Shown here: positions 54,221-64,000 of the stretch, in pieces
Layout of the letters: the number at the start of each line of letters is the position of its first letter
Numbering within the stretch: the first letter of the stretch is position 1
Assembly: GCA_964016885.1 (NCBI GenBank)
Contig: OZ024742.1
Span: 180,172,001-180,236,000, forward strand
DNA from: Eledone cirrhosa
Lineage: Eukaryota
Direction: 5' to 3'
Length of the DNA stretch: 64,000 bases
Notes under the pieces: model-generated
What the model was told of the DNA's origin: nothing
The model's input: the letters and a program-made list of their open reading frames with translations, nothing else
Database searches by the model: none
Program-made: the position numbers and the translations under genes

Positions 54221-55194
54221 CTATAATCCAACGTAAAATGACACAGATGTAGGGAGGAATTATAGATGACTGAAGCTGGCACAGAATATTACTGGTACAA
54301 CTGTGTTTAAGCCTAAAGTGATCAAATGATTAAGTGAATTCCTATCAGATTTGAACTTGTGACTTTGTGGAATAAAACTAAAAACTTAAAGACATATAAA
54401 CTGGCATACAAATGTGTCTGACAACACACTGTCTCCTGCTATTTTGTTCTTATGATGGTTCATCTTTGCACTACAGCCATATTAAGGCACAACCTGGAAG
54501 GTGTTTAGGTTATATCAGAAGTTAACTTCTTTTAGTAATAGCTCACTGTTTTTATTTTATTTTTTTAGTTTTTTTGTCATGCTCCATATGTATATTACAA
54601 CTTACATATAAACATTTAGAAAGGTGTGACACACAGAGAACGCCTCAATGGCCCACATATCTTACATTTAAAAATTTGAAAAGTCTGAGGCCCATAGAGA
54701 ACACCTCACTGGTCCACATGTATATCTTAACAAGGTATACTTTGTGTTAATTTTGAGAATGAAATGGTAATTTGATATGTTCCTCTTTACCTGTTTCTCT
54801 CACAAAATTTTGACAGATTACTCAGTGCTCATTTAGCAGCTACATATAACTACATATCTATGTATCTATCTATATCTAAGCAGTAAATACATCTCTCCAT
54901 TTATTTATATCTAAGCAGTAAATACAGCATCTATCTATCTGGTTGATTGTCAGTCAATAGTTATTGATTTATATATATTTACCAATATGTCTATCTTTGG
55001 ACACGATCAACAATAGCATAGAAACCAAAATACCAATAGAAGTCCAAAAATCAATAAATAATTTGATAGATAGAGAGATAGATAGATAGAAACATACATA
55101 CATACAAACATACATACATAGAAACATACAACCTTGCCACCAGGAAGGTGGCTGGTCAAAAATGTACTCAAAATTAAGAGAAAGAGAGACATAC

Positions 55195-55301
<107 letters not shown>

Positions 55302-56088
55302 AAAGTTATCATAATTTAGTGGATTCAAATGAATGTAAAATGAAATACAATTTGAATCAATTTATTATGAAAATAATTGTTTCTACGTTAGGCACAAGGC
55401 CAGCAATTACTCAGAATAGCAAGTGCCGTAACTCTATGCGTCAAAGCATGGCGTCCGACTCTCTACCAATACTGCCAATCCGAAAATAATAATTATTTAC
55501 TATAAACCATATCATTTTTATGGGAACTATATTAGTTATATTATCTCTTACATATAGAAAATTGAAAAAGTCTGAGGCCCACATAATATGATGCACATCT
55601 ATATATCATATCTTACATATAAACCTAAAAGGTTTTTAAAAGCTATGATAGCAGTCAACAACTTCTTTTTGAAGTAACATACTTTTGATTTTTTTTTGTT
55701 TCTCCTGTAGCGCACCTGTATATTATATCCTATCTTACATATAAATATTGACCCATGTCTTACTCTGAGTCAACTCTTGCTGCCCCCTGGGCCATTCCAT
55801 TGATCTTTGTCTATTACTATTGATCTCTATTTATTAAAGTACCACTCACATTTTCATATATCAAAATATCGACATTGTGTTAGTCTGGAGAGTAATTGAT
55901 ACAATTCACCTTTATGAGCAGGCACAACAGCAGAATCAACAGCACTCTTCAACTATTGAGTATTTTGTAAACTTGGAGTACTGAGTATAATACTTCTTGA
56001 AAGTAAAACTCCATGCAATAAACCAACAGTTGATACAGGTTATTGCCAAACCTAGGTATAAGCTAAACAAGCTCTGTATTTTCTTTAA

Positions 56089-56300
56089 CCCTTTAGCCTT
56101 TACGTTACTCTATATTTGCTATTGAATTTTCATGGTAAGCATTTTATCTCACAAAATTGTCTCACATAATATCGGATCTATGAGATTTTGATATTATTTA
56201 TTTTGAAAACAATAACTTAAAGTCGGTATGAGCGGCCAGTTACGACCATTTTGAATAGAAAAATGTGAGAGAATTCTGGCCGGTTTAAATGGTAAAAGGG
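56089..56300. mobile_element. piggyBac-like MITE
   Basis: TTAA-CCCTTT...AAAGGG-TTAA; related inverted copy starts at 37534. Confidence 0.6.
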
Positions 56301-57483
56301 TTAACAATTTTCAGACACATATCCACTAAATTACGATGACTTTATTCTACCATTCTAACTATCTAATTATTTATTCTTGAACTGCTATTGGGGTTTTGTT
56401 TTCGATGCTATTGTTGTTCTTGTCAGAAAATAGACACAATGGTAACCTTTCTTCATACCAAACCACACCTTGCAGAGTTTGTAAAGTGAGAAATATTAGG
56501 AAGGGTGTCCAGCTATAAAAAAACATGCCCCCAGAATGGTTGAGAGAACTTATCCATCGTGTCAAGGGTATAACAAACTTTCTAGTAATGATGGCACACT
56601 AAAATACACTCAGTAAAAGTTGTAAGGTGCCAGGTGATAGGAATGGAATTCAGCCACAGCAATCTTGTCAAAGACTGTCAACCTCATTTGTTGTGGAGCC
56701 ATGTAGAGTATGGGAGCATATGTAAGAAAGATGTGTCTCCAGCTCATGTGAGAGATCTGTGGCTTGGATTAAGTACTGAATTGATCTGACATGACATGTC
56801 AAAGCTTTACTAGAAAAGAAAACAGACATTAAATGGAGGTGATGATGATGATGATATATAAATGGACGTTAAACAGTGATGATGATGATGATGATATATA
56901 TATTGCATATAGAACGAAAGTTCTTTCTGCTAAGTTAAATATATTTTTGTCAATGACCTGGTATTTTTATTGAGAAAAACACAGAAAATTCCCTCACACC
57001 CTATAATATATACTATACAGTGCCCCCAAGATTAACAACATCCTCAATCATCTTTTCATGTATTTTGTGTAAAACATAACATTCTCTCCATCCAAAGATA
57101 GGTTATAACAAGTTACAAAGTTCAGGTCAGTCTAATCTATAATGATACTATGACAGCAGTTAAAAGTAAACATTATCGCAATGGAAGAAATAAGAATTAG
57201 ATGCATTTGATCGGATATTCCAAAATTAGAGGAGAAATTTCACTCTGGTATCTGGTTTCTTTTAAAAGGTATTATTGAACATATCCAATACAATATCAAT
57301 CTTACATATAAATACAGACAAATGCATGTATGTATTCATATATACTACATAAATAGACATGTATATAGATTTCTTTCTCTCTCTCTACCTATATATATAT
57401 TTATATATGTAGAGAGAGAGAGACACACATACTTGCATTCATTCATATATACTACATATACTTTCTTTCTCTCTGTCTCATAT

Positions 57484-57554
<71 letters not shown>

Positions 57555-57820
57555 AACTCGTGCTAGTGTGGAAAATGGATGTTAAACGATGATGATAAAT
57601 AAATATATATATATCATCATCATCGTTTAACATCCATTTTCCACACTATCACGGGTTCGACTATATATATATATTTAAAAGTTAAACAAGGTTCAATGAA
57701 TACATCAAAGAATGACTTTTACAATAGATTGGAAGCACTCAACAGTAAAAAGGGTTTCCAGACTTATTAATATTAATTCAAAATATTAACAAAATAGATA
57801 TTCTTGTGGTCAAGTATATT

Positions 57821-57879
57821 TTATTATACATATTTCAGAGGTACTGAGTTAAGTTCAACAGTACGTCCTCATCAGATAA
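57821..57879 (-). ncRNA. Hammerhead motif in left PLE arm
   Basis: Reverse strand: UUAU-CUGAUGA-ggacGUACUG...CAGUACcucu-GAAA-UAugUA-UA/AUAA. Confidence 0.7.
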
Positions 57880-59566
57880 CATAAGATGATGCATGACATA
57901 CCTTGACATAGTAGATGGTTAAGATTTAGTCATGGTAGTGAGTAATATATCACAAAACTCAATATTTATACCCTAATATTGGGAACATGAGAAAAATATA
58001 TAATACATACAATAGAGAGGGTGCGTGTAATACAGCTGAAAAAAATACATGGCATCAATATAACAGTTAAAAATTTGTTTTTAAAACTACTGAAGAAAGA
58101 GGAAAGAAAGGAAAGCATAGAGGAGGAAACAGCTGATGGGATAATATAGTTAGTAGGTGCCTCGAAAAACAAATGAGAGATGATTAAAGAGAGAGAGAGA
58201 CAAAGGGGAATAATTTATGTTCAAGTTTATAGACAATTATCCATATATGCAATATATATCTGAACTTATTTGGTTGACCGTTAATATTCAAAATATTTAA
58301 TTTAAGTTATTTCTAAGGAATGAGTAATATTTTAGGTTTTAAAAGTTAATAGGTATCTGTATTAATATTATATTATACTATTAAGTTTAATTTCTAAAAT
58401 TCAAATTTTATGAAATCAAATTTAAAGGATTTACGAAACATGAGAAAGAAAATATATAATGCTTTTATACCCTCACGAAGGTAATATATACAAACATTAT
58501 TTATAATATTAAAGACTTAAGGTGATACCTTTCAAATATATATATAACATAATACAATAATACAATATAGTAAATAAGTTACTGAAAATCTTGTTAAAAA
58601 TTAATGTTTTATATCAATTATTGTGAAATGTTCATTTAGTTGATATATACTATAAATATATAAGTCAAAACTACATGAGTCCTAAGGATAGGGGCTAGAT
58701 ACAAAATAAATATAAAAATAAAAAATGAAAAATAATGAATTGTTTGCGAAACTTAAAAATTCCCAATATTAAAAAATATAGTATAAAATGTAATAGGGTT
58801 TTAATATATAGTAGACAAAAGATACTTCTAAAATATTTAGCGAATGTGATAGAAAGAGGAGCTAAATATGTGAAAAAGCCGAAGGTAATCTAAATTTAAT
58901 TAAAATAAATTAAATTAAATTATATTAAATTAAGTAATAATCATTATATAAATTCGAACTTCCAGGGAATATCTAACACTTATAACAATAGAGTCATTTG
59001 AGTACCTAAATTATTTATAAATGTTACTACGAGTATGTTATTACACTAGATAAACATATTTGTACAACTATATAGAGATTTTATTATAGGTATTAATGAA
59101 ACGATATACATTTAATAAATAAATAATTATTATCATTATTAGTAATGCTATAATTGTAGTTTTACCTCTAGTTCAGTGGCGAGAGAGACCAATATTTGTC
59201 GACTATTATGGTTTGTTATATTTATACCTAGATATATATAAGATATATAAGTGCAAATCTAACTTTCTGAGTCCCTAAAACATACCCAAAATGAGTAAAA
59301 TATGCAAATGCATGAATGATCTACAGTTCAATTATCACCGGTAAATTTACAAGTTAAATATCCAAATTATATATTTAAAACAGAGACAGATAAATAAAGA
59401 TCCGAATCAAAATTATAAATATCTAAAATAATTCTATGGTGTGCATATTTATCAAGTAAACAAGTTACCAAATAATATGTTTATATACCTAAAGAGGATC
59501 CTTCATTCTAACATTAATTCTATCATAAATGATTAGAAAATAAAGCATTATTAAAGTTTCATAAAC

Positions 59567-61041
59567 TGTTATAAAACTTTAATAATGCTTATAAAACTTC
59601 AGCCCCGGCTGAAGATCTTACAGACATCAATAATGATGTATATAAATTAATTGTAAAATTAGGAATTGAAGGAAGAACCGAGCCTCATATACCTAGACAG
59701 CCGAGGATCAATTTTAAAGATTACAAAAGAAACTTTGAGGAAGACCTGCCAGTTAGACTGATTGCTCCATCCAAATCGGATATTGGAGTAATCAGTAAAA
59801 ATATTATTGATAGAATTCTACCTATTTTGAAATTGAGGTCTAAATTGAGCTTGTGGAAGGATAAAAATGAAGTGATTGATTGGTATAAAAATATAGATGA
59901 TAAGAAAAACCATAAATTTATCCAGATGGACACAACAAGCTATTACTCTTCCAGTACGCCTAACCTACTAAATAAGGCTTTATCATACGCTTACAAACAT
60001 ACAGATCTAACTACGGATGAAATCGATATCATATTAACTGCTAGAAGAACTCTAATTAATTTCAACAATGAGTATTGGACCCGCTCAGATAGAAATAGAA
60101 ACTTCGACATTACCATGGAATCATTGGACACAGCGCAAGTCACGGATCTTCTGGTGGTTTTCCTCTTAAATATGATAAATAGAAAACTGCCGGAGATTAC
60201 CGGTGGTTTATATAGGGACAATATTTTATTTACGGTTATTAAACACAGCAATACAGAACTAAATAGAGTAAAGAAAAATATAATTGACTTCTTTAAACAT
60301 TACGACCTTAAACTAGAGGTAGAAAGTGGTACCAAAATAGTTAATTTCCTTGATGTTACCCTTAACTTAAACTCTGGTTTTTATTACCCTTTCCATAAGC
60401 CCAATGAAAACTTAAATTACGTTAGTTATTACTCTAATCACCCTAAATCTGTGAAAAATGCAATTGTAAATAGTGTACAGAAACGCATAACTAGAATATC
60501 TGCCAATAAATCAATATTTGATGAAAAAGCAGGATATTACAATGATGCGCTAAGAAAGGCAGGTTATAAAAATAATTGTTTCTACTTTAGGCACAAGGCC
60601 AGCAATTACCCAGTGCATTACTGGTACTTTATTTTATCGACCCCGTAAGGATGAAAGGCAAAGTCAACCTCGGCGGGATTTGAACTCAGATCGTAAAGGG
60701 ACGCAACTATGCTGGAAAGCATGGCGTCCGTAAAGATAATATAGAATATATAGACAATAATAATCCGAGTTTTAATCCTGATAAAAATAATGGCATATAT
60801 AAACGAAATTCTAAAAATTCTAATAATTATAATTCAAATAATTGTACTGTGAGTAAATCGGGGAAAAGAACCAGAACTAGATCAGTTATATGGTTTACCC
60901 CCCACCCCCCCCTCCCACTCTGCTTCTGCAGCAGTAATAACACCACTAGTTAATCTATTTTTTAAGGCTTTAGATAATTCCTTCCCTAGCCAACATAAAT
61001 GCTATTCCATATTTAATAGACACACAATTAAGCTTTCTTAT
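59567..61041 (+). pseudogene. PLE reverse transcriptase, 5'- and 3'-truncated, SINE-interrupted
   Basis: FKDYKRNF..PVRLIAPSKSDIGVISK, FIQMDTTSYYSS, FDITMESLDTAQVTDL, GLYRDN, VNFLDVTLNL, PFHKPN, SNHP, then RSVIWFTPP...IFNRHTIKLSY. Confidence 0.9.
60576..60730 (-). mobile_element. Young tRNA-SINE inserted in the PLE ORF
   Basis: Near-identical to 4428-4582. Confidence 0.85.
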
Positions 61042-63048
61042 TTAATTTTGAGAATGAAATGGTAATTTGATATGTTCCTCTTTACCTGTTTCTCTCACAA
61101 AATTTTGACAGATTACTCAGTGCTCATTTAGCAGCTACCTATAACTACATATCTATGTATCTATTTATATCTAAGACGTAAATACATCTATCCATTTATT
61201 TATATCTAAGCAGTAAATACAACATCTATCTATGATAGAATTAATGTTAGAATGAAGGATCCTCTTTAGGTATATAAACATATTATTTGGTAACTTGTTT
61301 ACTTGATAAATATGCACACCTTAGGATTATTTTAGATATTTATAATTTTGATTCGGATCTTTATTTATCTGTCTCTGTTTTAAATATATAATTTGGATAT
61401 TTAACTTGTAAATTTACCGGTGATAATTGAACTGTAGATCATTCATGCATTTGCATATTTTACTCATTTTGGGTATGTTTTGGGGACTCAGAAAGTTGGA
61501 TTTGCACTTATATATCTTATATATATCTAGGTATAAATATAACAAACCATAATAGTCGACAAATATTGGTCTCTCTCTCCACTGGACTAGAGGTAAAACT
61601 ACAATTATAGCATTACTAATAATGATTATAATTATTTATTTATTAAATGTATATCGTTTCATTAATACCTATAATAATATCTCTATATAGATGTACAAAT
61701 ATGTTTATCTAGTGTAATAACATACTCGTAGTTACATTTATAAATAATTTAGATACTCAAATGACTATTGTTATAAGTGTTAGATATTCCCTGGAAGTTC
61801 GAATTTATATAATGATTATTACTTAATTTAATATAATTTAATTTAATTTATTTTAATTAAATTTAGATTACCTTCGGCTATTTCAAATATTTAGGTCCTC
61901 TTTCTATCACATTCGCTGGATATTTTAGAAGTATCTTTTGTCTACTATATATTAAAACCCTATTACATTTTATACCATATTTTTTAATATTGGGCATTTT
62001 TAAGTTTCGCAAACAATTCATTATTTTTCATTTTTTATTTTTATATTTATTTTGTATCTAGCGCCTATCCTTAGACTCATGTAGTTTTGACTTATATATT
62101 TATAGTATATATCAACGAAATGAACATTTCACAATAATTGATATAAAACATTAATTTTTAACAATATTTTCACTAACTTATTTACTATATTGTATTATTG
62201 TATTATGTTATATATATTTGAAAGGTATCACCTTAAGTCTTTAGACATTATAATCCTTGTGTATTTTTTTATTAACACATATATATAATTAAAAATTCAG
62301 ACTTCTTTAAGTTTAATTATAAGGCCTGTTGGTCCTTTAAGCACTCAAACTGTTAATCATAAATCCTTTAATAAGTATAACTATAATTATTTTATAAATT
62401 ATATTATATAAACTGTTGTAAATATTATAAATAATTTTGGTAAAGATTACCTTTGTGGGGGTATAAAAGCATTATATATTTTCTTTCTCGTATTTCGTAA
62501 ATCCTATAAATTTGATTTCATAAAATTTGAATTTTAGAAATTAAACTTGATAGTATAATATATTAATACAGATACCTATTAACTTTTAAAACCTAAAATA
62601 TTACTCATTACTCTGAAATAACTTAAATTAAATATTTTGAATATTAACGGTCAACCAAATAAGTTTAGATATATATTGCATATATGGATAATTGTCTATA
62701 AACTTGAACATAAATTATTCCTCGTTGTCTCTCTCTCTCTTTAATCATCTCTCATTTGTTTTTCGAGGCACCTACTAACTATATTATCCCATCAGCTGTT
62801 TCTTCCTCTATGCTTTCCTTTCTTTCCTCTTTCTTCAGTAGTTTAGAAAAAGGATTTTTAACTGTTATATTGATGCCATGTATTGTTTTCAGCTGTATTA
62901 CACGCACCCTCTCTATTGTATGTATTATATATTTTACTTATGTTCTCAATATTAGGGTATAAATATTGAGTTTTGTCATATATTACTCACTACCATGACT
63001 AAATCTTAACCATCTACTATGTCAGGGTATGTCATGCATCATCTTATG

Positions 63049-63107
63049 TTATCTGATGAGGACGTACTGTTGAACTTAACTCAGTGCCTCTGAAATATGT
63101 ATAATAA
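63049..63107 (+). ncRNA. Hammerhead motif in right PLE arm
   Basis: UUAU-CUGAUGA-ggacGUACUG...CAGUGCcucu-GAAA-UAugUA-UA/AUAA. Confidence 0.7.
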
Positions 63108-64000
63108 AATATACTTGATCACAAGAATATCTATTTTGTTAATATTTTGAATTAATATTATATATATATATATATCACAGAAAAAATAGAATCAGTGTTG
63201 CGACGAAAGGAATTTATTGGACATATTACAATTGTTTCTCGGGCGACCAGCTCGAGGCACGATTGATGTGGTGATCAAACCTGACTCTAAAAATCGCGCG
63301 GCCCTTGGATATGTCTCGATTCTACGAAGCAGATTTTCCTATTGTCCTTTAACATCGAATTCCTTCGTTTGTTGATTCAGATCCTGTTGTTGTCATTCCA
63401 TGAGTGGTCAAGAATTTGTACACGTCACCGGTATATCTAGCCACTTATGGGTGCCCACAATATGGAGTATATATATTTAGTGTTCTGTCAGACCCAGGAT
63501 TATTTACTTGAGTAAATATCACCGGAATCTAACTACTAATTTTTATACAGAAAAAAGATAAGATATATTTACAAAACACCATATCCAATTTTATTGTTTT
63601 CATTTTATTGTCTTCATTTTATTGTAAGTCCGTTATAATTGTTGTACACACATATCCTTGTACATATAGGTATAGTCCAAGCCCATGATTAACATGTTTT
63701 ATTGATGGAGTCGTGTGTGCATAAATGTTAGTTCATACCTGGAGTTATATGTTAGCAAACAGCAGTAAGAAAGGATCGGAATGCATGTCTATCTCTAGGC
63801 CCTTTGATGTGGGTCCCTAGGAAGATGTTATCTGTTCAAAGGAAAGCGCCAAAGAGAGATAGCTTGGCTGTGTTGCCACTATTTATAACCCCTTCCGGAA
63901 GTTTCAAAAGAGGGTTCTAGACTTTCGACGGGAAGTAACTCTAACTACTTCCCTGTCTAGAGAGCGCTACAAGACTCCACTCTCAGACGAGAAGTCGAAT

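Larger units (their letters stand above)
57672..63165 (+). mobile_element. Penelope-like element with RT remnant and inverted terminal arms of about 1.8-1.9 kb
   Basis: 57768-59527 is inverted relative to 61231-63160; RT ORF lies between; TA flanks; hammerhead near the outer end of each arm. Confidence 0.9.

Noticed and set aside
57966-62962. Paired 68-aa ORFs MFFEAPTNY... on opposite strands
   Set aside because: A by-product of the inverted arms; non-ATG start and no recognisable domain.

Overview
AT-rich, microsatellite-dense animal DNA with no host protein-coding exon that I can support. The tRNA-derived SINE and repeat content suggest a cephalopod such as Octopus (inference from memory, not a search). 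There are two mobile-element hot spots. (1) At 4.4-21.7 kb, one (AAT)n tract holds a 17-kb alternating stack of two near-full-length Tx1/L1-type LINEs (minus strand) and two R4/Dong-type RLE retrotransposons (plus strand). The two Tx1 copies share a near-identical ORF2 but carry different 5'UTR/ORF1 modules. (2) At 26.4-26.8 kb and 38-64 kb, (TA)n tracts are filled with Penelope-like elements (two with RT or GIY-YIG remnants) and many short non-coding relatives, often arranged as fold-back palindromes. Reading these by hand gave about 15 type-I hammerhead ribozyme motifs from mostly unrelated sequence families. About nine have an intact core and pairing stems, and many have a palindromic stem III. 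Two non-coding units show terminal redundancy (425-nt and about 545-nt monomers), as expected for tandem or circular retrozyme-like RNAs. All RNA structures were paired by eye and none were tested.
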